A stretch of DNA of 64,000 nucleotides, from positions 16,349 to 80,348 of the forward strand of contig CALVVB010000002.1 in the NCBI GenBank assembly GCA_944363735.1. Direction: 5' to 3'. How positions within the stretch are numbered: the first letter of the stretch is position 1; every line of letters begins with the position of its first letter. Positions 1-9,787 of the stretch are shown here, in pieces. Position numbers and translations under genes: made by a program. A model generated the notes under the pieces. The model did not search any database and was not told where the DNA came from. It saw only the letters and a list, made by a program, of their open reading frames with translations. Source of the DNA: an uncultured Bacilli bacterium (GTDB taxonomy: Bacteria > Bacillota_I > Bacilli_A > RF39 > UBA660).

Positions 1-390
1 ATTTTTTAAATTTCTTATCTTACAACCAATATTTCTTAATTTCTTATTATCTATATTCTTATAGATATTATTAAAGTTTGAATTATCAAAATTATCTACA
101 TAATAATCTAAAAACTGTTCTGTTACTAAATTCTTAGGAATAAACTCTTCTTTAAATGTAAATAATGCTACACCCCTAGTTTGTTTTTTAGTCTCTAAAG
201 TATTTCCTCTAATTAATTTTAATTTATTACCATTTACCATTTCTTTAGTTAAAATCTCTATACTAAAATAACCTGTTAAAAGTTCTTTTGCAAAAAGATG
301 GTATGGTGTTACAACAATATAATCCAACTGATTATAACTTACTAAATCTTCCTGCAACTCATAAACTGGGACTTTATAATATCTAAACAT
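1..390 (-). CDS. hypothetical protein (3' end lies beyond window start)
   Basis: Absent from the ORF track because it runs off the window. ATG (revcomp of cat 388-390) sits 5 nt after the U32 gene stop. The frame is open for 130 codons to position 1 (MFRYYKVPVYELQEDLVSYNQLDYIVVTPYHLF...). No motif I recognise. Confidence 0.4.
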   Translation of the reverse strand, partial: MFRYYKVPVYELQEDLVSYNQLDYIVVTPYHLFAKELLTGYFSIEILTKEMVNGNKLKLIRGNTLETKKQTRGVALFTFKEEFIPKNLVTEQFLDYYVDNFDNSNFNNIYKNIDNKKLRNIGCKIRNLKN

Positions 391-395
391 AACAA

Positions 396-1577
396 CTATC
401 CTTTCTTTATTAATCTTATCATAGAATAAGGAATAAGTCTTGTATCAAATGGTAATTTTAGTATTTCTTCTGGATGTCTTGCTACTTTTATTTTCTCATT
501 ATCTTCATTATAGATAGTTTCTATTTTATAAGGATAAATCTCTCCATTAGGTGTAAATATCTCTACTTCATCACCTACTTTAAAGTAGTTACGTTCTTTT
601 AAAACAATAGATTTCATCTTTTCATCATAACCTATTATAAGTCCTAAATACTCTTGATTAGATACTTCTTGTCTACCTGTATAATACTGGTCTGTCTCAT
701 CTGCTAGATGATTAAAATATTGACTAGTTGTATCACGATTAGCGACAGAATCAAGTCGTCTTTGATACTCAAGTAATTTCTCATCTGTTAATGTTCCATC
801 ATAAATACTATCTATTAAAAATCTATAACTTCCTATAACTGTTGCAAGGTAATAAAGGCTTCTCATTCTTCCTTCTACCTTTAGAGAACTTACACCAATA
901 TCTATTAAGTCTTTAATAAAGATTGCCATGTTTAAATCTTTAGTAGCAAGGGTAAATTTATCATTGCTATCATAATCAAAGGCAAAACGACATACTTGAG
1001 CACATCCTCCACGGTTTGCATCTCTATTAGTAACATAATTAGATAAAGCACATCTACCACTAAAGCAAGTACACATCGCCCCATGAATAAAGACTTCTGT
1101 CTCTAGATTAGGTATACTTGATATTTCTTTTATTTCTCCTTTTGATAGTTCTCTTGCAAGTACTACTCTACTTGCTCCTAAATCTCTATAAAACATAGCA
1201 CTGCTTATATTAGTAATAGAGTCTTGAGTTGATATATGAACCTCTACTTCTTTATAATTATCTATAATATATTTAGCAAGATATAAATCACTAACAATAA
1301 AAGCATCTATACCACAGTCTATAACTTCTTTAATATATTCTTCCATACCTTTTCTATCTTTATCATGAAAGACAATATTAGTAGTTAAATATACTCGTTT
1401 ATTTAGATTATGAGCGAAAGTACATCCCTCTTTTAATTCATCTAAACTAAAATTAGTAGCATTCGCTCTTAAACTTAGTTTTTCTCCTCCAACATAAACA
1501 GCATCAGCGCCATATAATAGTACTACTTTAAGTCTTTCTAAATCTCCTGCAGGTGCCAGTAATTCTATTTTTTTCAT
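396..1577 (-). CDS. peptidase U32 family protein (YrrO/TrhP-like, putative tRNA/rRNA hydroxylation factor)
   Basis: 393 aa. The N-terminus MKKIELLAPAGDLERLKVVLLYGADAVYVGG and the Cys-rich core HGAMCTCFSGRCALSNY...GGCAQVCR are typical of the U32 family. Confidence 0.85.
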   Translation of the reverse strand: MKKIELLAPAGDLERLKVVLLYGADAVYVGGEKLSLRANATNFSLDELKEGCTFAHNLNKRVYLTTNIVFHDKDRKGMEEYIKEVIDCGIDAFIVSDLYLAKYIIDNYKEVEVHISTQDSITNISSAMFYRDLGASRVVLARELSKGEIKEISSIPNLETEVFIHGAMCTCFSGRCALSNYVTNRDANRGGCAQVCRFAFDYDSNDKFTLATKDLNMAIFIKDLIDIGVSSLKVEGRMRSLYYLATVIGSYRFLIDSIYDGTLTDEKLLEYQRRLDSVANRDTTSQYFNHLADETDQYYTGRQEVSNQEYLGLIIGYDEKMKSIVLKERNYFKVGDEVEIFTPNGEIYPYKIETIYNEDNEKIKVARHPEEILKLPFDTRLIPYSMIRLIKKG

Positions 1578-1598
1578 AAAAGCTCTACCTTTCTTAAT

Positions 1599-2201
1599 TT
1601 ATATATGACTAGCGATAAAATCTACCACATCATCTTCATTATCGTTTAGTATTTTTATATCATCATCAGTAACATCTGTAAAATATTTATCTAATCTTTT
1701 ATATTTAGAAATAGAATTTAAGGGGTATCCTGGATTAATTTTATCACTCCTACTACTTACCATATAGAAATTATCTTTAGACCAAGTATAAGTAGCTTCT
1801 TCACCCTTTTCATTAATAACTGCTAAACCATATACCCATTTACAATTAATTCTACCATCTACACCATATTCTTTTACTAAGTTAGTATAATATTCAAGTG
1901 CTTCTTCATCAGTTAGACTCTTACCATTTACACGTCTTACAAATAACCCAGGTTGCCTATCTTCTGGAACTCCTTCCATATATAGCGTATCATCCATACC
2001 CATACTAGGCTTTTTTGTCTTCTTATAACACTCTCTTGCTTTTATTAAAGCATTTTCTATAGCAGTACTTCCATCTTCTTCTATATCTAATTTAATATCT
2101 ATATCTTTTAAAGATAATACTTCTATTCCTAATTCTTTTAATCCTTTACTAAATCTTTTTGATTTAGATTGATTAGTAGTTGCAAAAATAATTTGTTTCA
2201 T
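1599..2201 (-). CDS. Ham1/ITPase-like non-canonical NTP pyrophosphatase family protein (divergent)
   Basis: 200 aa. N-terminal IIFATTNQSKSKRF resembles the ATxNxxK motif of RdgB/Ham1. Length and an internal acidic MDDT motif are compatible. Assignment is by motif only. Confidence 0.5.
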   Translation of the reverse strand: MKQIIFATTNQSKSKRFSKGLKELGIEVLSLKDIDIKLDIEEDGSTAIENALIKARECYKKTKKPSMGMDDTLYMEGVPEDRQPGLFVRRVNGKSLTDEEALEYYTNLVKEYGVDGRINCKWVYGLAVINEKGEEATYTWSKDNFYMVSSRSDKINPGYPLNSISKYKRLDKYFTDVTDDDIKILNDNEDDVVDFIASHI

Positions 2202-2213
2202 AACTACTCCCTC

Positions 2214-3047
2214 CTACTTTACTTTGTAGATAGTTTCTCTATATAAGAAACCTCTATTATGTCCTGCCAATTCATCTATTTTATCTTTATTAAAATTTAC
2301 AAAAGCCGCAATTAAGTCTTTATATTCATTATAACTGTAATTACCCTGTTCAACTATTCCATAGTTAAGACCACAATCTACTAATTCTTTATAGATATTA
2401 CTTAAGTTAAGTCTTTTATTATAAAAGAAAGTTGTACCATTATTATCTTCTTTAACTAAAAACTCTTGTCCACTTTTTGGCTCTTTAATAGTAATTATTG
2501 CGCTCTTACTTTTATTTTTATTTGCAAAATAGCTTGTAAGTAAATTTCTTCTAGACATAGCAATAACAGGATTACCAAGTAATAGAACAAATAAATCACT
2601 TTTAGTATTATGTCTTATATTAAGAATTTCATCTTTAGTTATTTCATTAGAAAGATATGATCCTTTTACCCCTAGATCATAATATAAGTTAATAGTATCA
2701 CTATTAGTAACCATATGTGTCTGATTAAATATGAGATTTAGTGATAATTTGTTTTCCTTTACTAAGTTAAGTATTGCTAAATCGTAGAAAAACACACCAT
2801 CTACTTTTAGAGTTTCTAACTTTTTTAAAATTTCAAGCAAATTATCTAAGTCACTATTAAATATCATTTTATTTATGACAACAAATACTAATTTATCAGT
2901 ATTTTTCTTGTAATTTTCAATATCAGAGATACTATAGTATTTAAAATAATCAACTGAAAAATTCTCTAAAGGAAAAATAATTCCGTCTAGACCATATTTT
3001 AAATATTCTAAATAATTATTATCTCTTATTACTCCTAAAATTTTCAT
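2214..3047 (-). CDS. peptidase U32 family protein, short form (YrrN-like)
   Basis: 277 aa TIM-barrel-like sequence in the same operon as the longer U32 gene. This mirrors the yrrN/yrrO pair of Bacillus. The similarity is recalled from memory, not computed. Confidence 0.6.
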   Translation of the reverse strand: MKILGVIRDNNYLEYLKYGLDGIIFPLENFSVDYFKYYSISDIENYKKNTDKLVFVVINKMIFNSDLDNLLEILKKLETLKVDGVFFYDLAILNLVKENKLSLNLIFNQTHMVTNSDTINLYYDLGVKGSYLSNEITKDEILNIRHNTKSDLFVLLLGNPVIAMSRRNLLTSYFANKNKSKSAIITIKEPKSGQEFLVKEDNNGTTFFYNKRLNLSNIYKELVDCGLNYGIVEQGNYSYNEYKDLIAAFVNFNKDKIDELAGHNRGFLYRETIYKVK

Positions 3048-3113
3048 ACTATCAGTCCTTTACGTAACATATTCTATCATAAATATAGTAAATAAAAAAG
3101 AGGATTAGTTTTA

Positions 3114-5378
3114 TTATTCTTCCTCTTGATTATCTAATTTTACTAATACTTCTCTTGGCTTAGAACCATTAGGAGGTCCAATAATACCTCGTTCTTCTAA
3201 TAAGTCAATGATACGAGCTGCTCTATTATAACCAAGTTTAAATCTTCTTTGTAATAGTGAAGCACTAGCTTTACCAGTCTCTATAACAAACTCTACTATC
3301 TCATTATATAATGGATCATCATATTCTTCAGCTTGAGCCATATCTTCTTTTTGAGAAGCACTCTTTTCACTATCTCCTGATAAGTTCATAAAGGCCTGAT
3401 CATACTCTGCTTTTTGTTGTTCAATTGTATAATCAATAATTCTTTTAATCTCATCATCAGAAATATAGGCTCCTTGAATACGTTCTGGATCTGCTTCTCC
3501 CATTGGTAAGAATAACATATCACCTTTACCTAGAAGTTTTTCTGCTCCTGTCATATCAATGATTGTACGTGAGTCGATACTACTAGAAACAGCGAATGAG
3601 ATACGACTTGGAATATTCGCTTTTACAACACCAGTAATTACATCTGTTGATGGTCTTTGCGTAGCGATAATTAAGTGAATTCCGGCGGCACGGGCCATTT
3701 GGGTAATTCTCATAATAGATGCTTCTACATCTTTACTTGCAACTAACATAAGGTCTGCTAACTCATCTATAATTACAACTATAAATGGCATCTTCTTAAT
3801 TTGTTCATCAGGTGGCAATGTTTTATTTTTCTTTTCAACATAATCATTATAAGTTGCAATATTTTTAGTTTTAGTCTCACTAAAAGTATCATAACGTCTT
3901 TCCATCTCAGCAACTATCTTAGATAGTGCTACACTTGCTTCTTTAGGATCAGTAACAACTGGTCTCATTAAATGAGGAACACCATTATAACCAGAAAGTT
4001 CAACTTTTTTAGGGTCAACCATCACAAGTTTTACTTCATCAGGCTTTGCCCTCATCAAAATAGAACAAATAATACCATTAATACAAACAGATTTACCTGA
4101 ACCAGTAGATCCTGCTACTAAAAGATGGGGTGTTTTATTAATTTCACACCAAATAACATTACCCATAATATTTTTACCTAAAGGACAAAGTAGTTTGGCA
4201 TTATCTAAAGACTTAGGAACTTTTTCTAATACTTCCCTAAAGGAAACAGGAGCTGTTTCTTTATTAGCGATTTCTATACCTACTGTATTTTTACCAGGAA
4301 TAGGTGCTTGAATTCTAACATCTTTTGTCGCTATTGCTAAAGCTATTTCTCTATGAATTGATAAAAGTTTACTAACTTTAGTACCAGAATGAAGTTCTAA
4401 CTCATATTGAGTAACTGTAGGACCAATATGTACTTCTACTACTTTTCCAATAATATTAAAGTCTTTTAGTACTTTTTCAAGTATTTCTATATTCTTTTCA
4501 ATTAAACTTTGATTAACACTGTTTTTCTTTTTTTTAGGTTGATCTAATATATTAATAGATGGTAAGACATAGTTATGTTTAATGGATACTTTATTAGAAG
4601 AATCTATATTTTCATTGTTAGCATCATTATTATCAGATACTTCTTCATTGACTTTAGATCTTGTTAATTGATCGATACTAGATATGACGATTCTCTTATC
4701 ATCATCTTTTACTTCGCCAAGTACAGGTTCTTCATTTCCTGTAATAATAGGTTTCTTACTATCATTTTCTTCTTCGATATTATTTTTATCTTTTCTAGGA
4801 AACTTCTCTTTAGCAGCCTTTGCCTTATCTTTGACAAAATCAACAATAGAGAATCCTGTAAATAAACAGAACCCTATAACTATCAAAGTCCAAGCGATTA
4901 TCTGCATACCTCTATATGAGAAAAGTAACATAAATAAAACTCCAAAGGTACAACCAATAATACCTCCACCAATAGCATTAGGTCTAGCTCCTTTCATAAC
5001 ATCTGAAAAAGAGTTGATTAACTGATTAGTAGTTTCACTAAATACTTTTATAGCATTACTATCATTTTCTAATATAAAGTTTTCATGCATCAAGACAAGC
5101 AATCCTATAACTAACAAATAAATACCTAACATTTTAGTTGTAAATAAGTTAGGCCAATTTCTATTTATAATTAAATATGCTCCAATCACTAATAAGACAA
5201 CTAATAAAACATTATAAAATACTCCTACAAGAAATATTGAGAAGGATGCAATCATATTACCTACAGGACCATATCTACCAATACCAAGTATTGCTGCTAA
5301 AACAAGTAATACTCCATATAATTCTGTAGAATGGGCGAAGCCTTTCTTAGTTTCCTTCTTTTTCTTTCTTTTTGCCAT
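3114..5378 (-). CDS. ftsK: DNA translocase FtsK/SpoIIIE
   Basis: Polytopic N-terminus, a low-complexity linker, Walker A GSTGSGKS, Walker B VVIIDELADL and a C-terminal gamma winged helix (LLQRRFKLGYNRAARIIDLLEERGIIG). The likely start is ATG 5378 behind GAAGG; the track's first codon is GTG 5387. Confidence 0.95.
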   Translation of the reverse strand: MAKRKKKKETKKGFAHSTELYGVLLVLAAILGIGRYGPVGNMIASFSIFLVGVFYNVLLVVLLVIGAYLIINRNWPNLFTTKMLGIYLLVIGLLVLMHENFILENDSNAIKVFSETTNQLINSFSDVMKGARPNAIGGGIIGCTFGVLFMLLFSYRGMQIIAWTLIVIGFCLFTGFSIVDFVKDKAKAAKEKFPRKDKNNIEEENDSKKPIITGNEEPVLGEVKDDDKRIVISSIDQLTRSKVNEEVSDNNDANNENIDSSNKVSIKHNYVLPSINILDQPKKKKNSVNQSLIEKNIEILEKVLKDFNIIGKVVEVHIGPTVTQYELELHSGTKVSKLLSIHREIALAIATKDVRIQAPIPGKNTVGIEIANKETAPVSFREVLEKVPKSLDNAKLLCPLGKNIMGNVIWCEINKTPHLLVAGSTGSGKSVCINGIICSILMRAKPDEVKLVMVDPKKVELSGYNGVPHLMRPVVTDPKEASVALSKIVAEMERRYDTFSETKTKNIATYNDYVEKKNKTLPPDEQIKKMPFIVVIIDELADLMLVASKDVEASIMRITQMARAAGIHLIIATQRPSTDVITGVVKANIPSRISFAVSSSIDSRTIIDMTGAEKLLGKGDMLFLPMGEADPERIQGAYISDDEIKRIIDYTIEQQKAEYDQAFMNLSGDSEKSASQKEDMAQAEEYDDPLYNEIVEFVIETGKASASLLQRRFKLGYNRAARIIDLLEERGIIGPPNGSKPREVLVKLDNQEEE

Positions 5379-5624
5379 AACCTTCACTGCCTTTCGTATC
5401 TTTACTACTAAAGTATAACAAAACTAAAGAATAATTTAAAGAGCTTGTCACTCATTTGACACTGGTTTTTTTACCATCATTATAGAGTGAAATTTTTCTA
5501 ATCCTTGAAATATATATTTTGCTGGTCTATAATCACCAATTTTATAAAATCATCATTCTTATAAAATTTAAGTCCCACCAAATTATCAGGTGTTGTCCAC
5601 TAATTTGTTCACTTGTACTTCTTA

Positions 5625-6584
5625 TTAAAAGAATAACATGTATACATAATAAAGTACAAATACGATTAACATAATTGTTCCTTCTTTTTTACTAACTTCT
5701 CTTTCACTTCTTGCAAAGACAAATAAAAGAAATGATGATAAAAATACTGCAAGTATATCAATAAAGCCAAATCCTTCTAAGACAATATCACCAAAAATAA
5801 GAATAGGTAATCCTAAAACTATACAAATATTAAAAATATTAGTACCAATAATATTTCCAATAGCCATATCAAACTCACCTTTTTTAGCACTAGTTACTGT
5901 CATAATCATCTCTGGTAAGCTTGTACCTATTACAATAGCAGTCATAGTAATTGCCTTCTCACTTATATTTAAAGCAGTTGCAATCGCTTTAGCAGAATTT
6001 ATAATCATTTCACTACTATAAATTATTAAAATAATAGTAACTAACAGTAAAAGACAAGATATTATAATAGAAAATTTCCCTTTACCAATATCTTCTTCAT
6101 CTTTCTTATTTCTTTTAAATAACATACCAACTAAATATAAGACAAACATACTAAATAATAAAATTAAGATAAAGCTATCACTTCTTGAGAAAGTATTAGA
6201 TGTCATGGGATTAAAGATAGCATCTAGCATCAAAACAGAAAAAGCTGTGGTAACAAGAAAAAGTAAAGGTAATTCCTTTTTTACTGTTGCATGTCTGACT
6301 TTAATAGGTCTTAAAAAACTTGCAAGACCTATAATCAAAAATACATTTACAATCGAGCTACCTATAACATTTGCAAAAGCCATAACCCCATCTCCAGCAG
6401 CAACACTTCTAAAAGATATTGCAACTTCAGGAGCACATGTTCCAAAAGAGACAATTGTAAGAGCAATTAGCATTTTAGGAACTCTTAACTTTAACGCTAA
6501 AGATGATGCTGCATCTACTAAAACATCTGATGATTTAACAATAATAACAAAACCGACTAATAAAATAACTATATCTAAAAGCAT
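5625..6584 (-). CDS. Ca2+/Na+ antiporter (CaCA/YrbG family)
   Basis: 319 aa polytopic membrane protein with the two alpha-repeat motifs GTCAPE and GTSLPE. Confidence 0.8.
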   Translation of the reverse strand: MLLDIVILLVGFVIIVKSSDVLVDAASSLALKLRVPKMLIALTIVSFGTCAPEVAISFRSVAAGDGVMAFANVIGSSIVNVFLIIGLASFLRPIKVRHATVKKELPLLFLVTTAFSVLMLDAIFNPMTSNTFSRSDSFILILLFSMFVLYLVGMLFKRNKKDEEDIGKGKFSIIISCLLLLVTIILIIYSSEMIINSAKAIATALNISEKAITMTAIVIGTSLPEMIMTVTSAKKGEFDMAIGNIIGTNIFNICIVLGLPILIFGDIVLEGFGFIDILAVFLSSFLLFVFARSEREVSKKEGTIMLIVFVLYYVYMLFF

Positions 6585-6712
6585 AACTTCACTTTCCTTT
6601 CCATTTATAATATTAGTATATATTATTTAAGAAGTTACTTCAAACAAAAGGACATCTAGTTTACACTAATATTATTAACAGAAAAAATGATTTTACAAAT
6701 AAACTTTTTAAC

Positions 6713-7756
6713 TTAATTATTAACTTCTTTAAGTGTTCTTTCTACTTCGTCAATTAATTCTTCTTTATTAGGCATATAGTATGTATAATTTGAAGCGAAT
6801 ATATTATTATTCATACCTCCTAAAGCATATTCTAAAGTTATATCCTTTTTACCTTTACAAAGAATAATACCTATAGTTTCATTATCAAATTCATCTCTAA
6901 CCTCATTATTATAATAATTAATATACATATTCATTTGTCCTACATATTCTGGTCTCATATCAGTCATCTTTAAATCTATTAAGACGTATGACCTTAACAT
7001 CTTATTGTAGAATACTAGATCAACATAATAATGGGTATTATTATCCAAAGTTATTCTAACTTGTTTACCTACATACATAAAACCTTTACCAAGCTCCATC
7101 TAAAATTCTGATATATGATTAACTAATCTTTTTTCTAAATCACTTTCAAGGCTAGGTTTTTCTTCTTTTATTCCTAAAAACTCAAATACATAAGGATCTT
7201 TCAATATATCGGTAGGTTCACTTATCTGTTGTCCTTTTTTAGACAATTCATATACTTTCTTCTTATTTATTTTACCATTAGAAAGTAATAATCTCTGAAA
7301 TAGTGAAGAATCTATTTGTCTTTTCAACTCTCTTTTAGACCATTTAGAATTTATACATTCTCTTTCATAGAAGCTTCTTTCATCATCTTCTTCAATGTAT
7401 ATTAAATAACAATAATGGGACCAGCTCAATTTGCCAACCACTGGCTGTCAATTCTTATAGCGAATATAAAATAGTCTCATATTTTGAAGTCCACTTCTAC
7501 TATAACCACTCCCATACTTATCTCTTATTTTTTTTGATAACTTCAATAAAACTTCTTTACCATACTCTGCTCTTATATTCCCATTTTGTTCATTTTCAAC
7601 AATAACTTTACCAATATTAAAGTAAGTTTCTACTAAAGTATTATTAATTTGATATGCTATTTTAGTTTTATTAGTGGTAATAATATCTTCTATCTCTTTA
7701 AATATACTATCAACAACTTTTTCATTTGTTTCTAATGCTTTTGTACTCATAATCAT
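6713..7756 (-). pseudogene. YhcG/DUF1016 PD-(D/E)XK nuclease, inactivated by two in-frame stop codons
   Basis: Three consecutive ORFs (7448-7756, 7100-7441, 6713-7099) lie in one frame. They read ...FYIRYKN-TGA-QPVVGKLSWSHY... and ...VNHISEF-TAG-MELGKGFMYVGKQ... The LSWSHY and ELGKGF motifs are hallmarks of DUF1016. Stops are at 7448-7450 (TGA) and 7100-7102 (TAG). Confidence 0.8.
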
Positions 7757-7777
7757 CCTCCATTTCTATAGATACAA

Positions 7778-7802
7778 AAAGAGTGCTGTTTTTCAGCACC
7801 CA
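7778..7802 (-). terminator. putative intrinsic terminator
   Basis: Minus strand GAGTGCTG-AAAAA-CAGCACTC followed by TTTTTG, downstream of the 7966-8988 gene. Confidence 0.45.
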
Positions 7803-7965
7803 AATTAAATATTTATACATTTATTCTATCGTACGATTGTTAGTAATGCAATATTTTTTTATTATTCATCTAATTTTTTTATATTTATATATCTTTGAAA
7901 TTTATTTTCTAAGTAATACTAATTACAACCTGTCTAACTTTTGAAAAAATTAAAATTTTGTTATT

Positions 7966-8988
7966 TTATCTAATTAGAGACTTATTTTTATCATCAAATT
8001 CATCTATTGTATCATCAACTATTCCCAATACTTCATTAAAAGCTCTTATATTACTATTTACATCATGATGAGATTTAATACTATAACTTTTAATATCTAA
8101 TACATCTTCAACTTTTCTTTGGGAAGATGTATAAACCATACCATCTGATTTACCATCAAAAAACATCTTATCAAAAAGGCATAAAGCTATACCGTAAAAG
8201 TTTAAAGTCTTGATCGCTTCTTTTCTAACATTACTATCAATACTTGTTAAAATATTTTTAAAACTATTTAATCTTTTAACCGCTTCAACATTATCAGTAC
8301 AAAATACATTTTTAATAAAACTCTCATCATAAATATGTAGTTTCTCAGCAGGAATACCACCAGGTATAGCAATATCATAATCCATATGAGAATTACTACT
8401 AATTTTTTCGTAAATATTTTTTACTAAAGTATTACAAAGGATATCACTTTTAAAAACTCTTTTAATTTCTGGATAAAATATTTTAGGAGAAGCAAATTTA
8501 GTTCCTTCATAAGGTGATGCTATATTATAAATATTTGTCTTTTTATAAGTATCACTGTTTTTAAAGAATCTTGGAACATAAAAGTTCATAACACTACATT
8601 TAGATAAACCAACTATATTAACTGAATTAGTATTTGGAAGTGATGCTAATTTTTCAACATAATTGGCAAATAGTTTAGCATCTTCAATAATTGGAGCATC
8701 TGCATCCATCAAAAACAATTTTATATCATAATTACCATTACATCTTTCGTAATGACTAATAACATTGTCTATTCCAACTTCAGTTTCTTTTATATTAAAA
8801 AAATCTTTAGAATGATCTTCTACTCTAGAACCTTGATCAATTATAATATAATTAATTTTACCATTATCATTAATTATTTTTTTATAGTTAGCAATTGCAA
8901 AACTTCTACCTATATCTTTTAAATCACTACTTTGTGTCCATTTATTCTTCTCTAAATCCCATTTTGCAATAATATCTATTTTTCCCAT
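7966..8988 (-). CDS. hypothetical protein, alpha/beta-hydrolase (lipase)-like
   Basis: 340 aa. VGLSKCS resembles a GxSxG nucleophile elbow with the last Gly replaced by Cys. Later SDGMV and HHD could supply the Asp and His. Weak, motif-level only. Confidence 0.35.
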   Translation of the reverse strand: MGKIDIIAKWDLEKNKWTQSSDLKDIGRSFAIANYKKIINDNGKINYIIIDQGSRVEDHSKDFFNIKETEVGIDNVISHYERCNGNYDIKLFLMDADAPIIEDAKLFANYVEKLASLPNTNSVNIVGLSKCSVMNFYVPRFFKNSDTYKKTNIYNIASPYEGTKFASPKIFYPEIKRVFKSDILCNTLVKNIYEKISSNSHMDYDIAIPGGIPAEKLHIYDESFIKNVFCTDNVEAVKRLNSFKNILTSIDSNVRKEAIKTLNFYGIALCLFDKMFFDGKSDGMVYTSSQRKVEDVLDIKSYSIKSHHDVNSNIRAFNEVLGIVDDTIDEFDDKNKSLIR

Positions 8989-9059
8989 TATATCAACCTC
9001 TTTTGGTGCGTATTATATCATAATTTTAAGAAAAAAGCAAGAAAACTAGATTAATCACT

Positions 9060-9668
9060 TTACTTCATTATAGTATTATAAACTTTATTAGCATTAGTAA
9101 AGTCTGCTATTATAAAAAAGTTATCAATATAGTTACCTTTTTCATTTTTATAATTTAAATAGTAAGCATGTTCCCACATATCCATATTAAATATAGGAAT
9201 AAACCCAAAAGACTGTGGTAGTTCTTGATTAGATAAATTTATAATATCTAAAGATCCATTATCTTTTACTACTAAAAAAGTATAACCTGAACCTTTTAAA
9301 CTCATGGCCTTATTCTTAAACTCTAAAAAGAATTTATTAATACTTCCATACTTCTTATCTATATCTTCTTTTAACTTACCACTTGGTAATATTCTATTAG
9401 TACTCATGCTCTTCCAGTATAAGTTATGATTTAAAACACCACCTAAATTATATAGAATATCTTCTCTATCACTTTCATTAAACTCATCAATATGATAAAA
9501 CAGCTCATCTATATCATAACGATAATCAAAATTATTTCTTACTAATAATTCATTTAATTTATTTAGATAATTCTGTTCATGCTTATGATAATGAAGTCCC
9601 ATTGTATGAGTATCAATAAATGGTTCTAAATCTTGAAATAAATAAGGTAACATAGGTAATTTATACAT
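9060..9668 (-). CDS. sodA: Fe/Mn superoxide dismutase
   Basis: 202 aa. LPYLFQDLEPFIDTHTMGLHYHKHEQNY at the N-terminus and the C-terminal DMWEHAYYLNY signature. Confidence 0.92.
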   Translation of the reverse strand: MYKLPMLPYLFQDLEPFIDTHTMGLHYHKHEQNYLNKLNELLVRNNFDYRYDIDELFYHIDEFNESDREDILYNLGGVLNHNLYWKSMSTNRILPSGKLKEDIDKKYGSINKFFLEFKNKAMSLKGSGYTFLVVKDNGSLDIINLSNQELPQSFGFIPIFNMDMWEHAYYLNYKNEKGNYIDNFFIIADFTNANKVYNTIMK

Positions 9669-9787
9669 AATATCAACTCCACTATAATTTATGTAAAACG
9701 TCCAATTATGTCATTATTTTAATATATTATTCAAATATATCTCTTTTTTTGATAAAATATTATAAAGTATTAAAGGAGTTAATCAGT

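Noticed and set aside
4668-5025. Plus-strand ORFs 4668-4865 and 4684-5025 inside ftsK. Similar antisense ORFs occur at 6205-6630, 14389-14574, 16422-16607, 19367-19597, 40814-41008, 42002-42578, 43093-43314, 45252-45906, 47647-47847, 54208-54525, 55441-55740, 56848-57075, 57414-57710, 62414-62821, 63071-63316 and 63702-63893.
   Set aside because: Each lies fully within a long, motif-supported gene on the opposite strand or in another frame. Their translations are low-complexity (I/L/F/S-rich), as expected from AT-rich antisense sequence. None has an RBS.
5388-5624. 237-bp gap between the antiporter gene and ftsK, searched for riboswitches or small RNAs.
   Set aside because: It contains only weak short hairpins and a possible extended -10 (TGTTATACT). 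There is no conserved-looking structured element.
6713-7756. Idea that the in-frame TGA in the DUF1016 gene reflects genetic code 4 (TGA=Trp), or a gene acquired from a Mollicute.
   Set aside because: The second interruption is TAG, which is a stop in code 4 as well. All other long genes in the window are intact under the standard code, and Trp is encoded by TGG. A nonsense-mutated pseudogene is the simpler reading.
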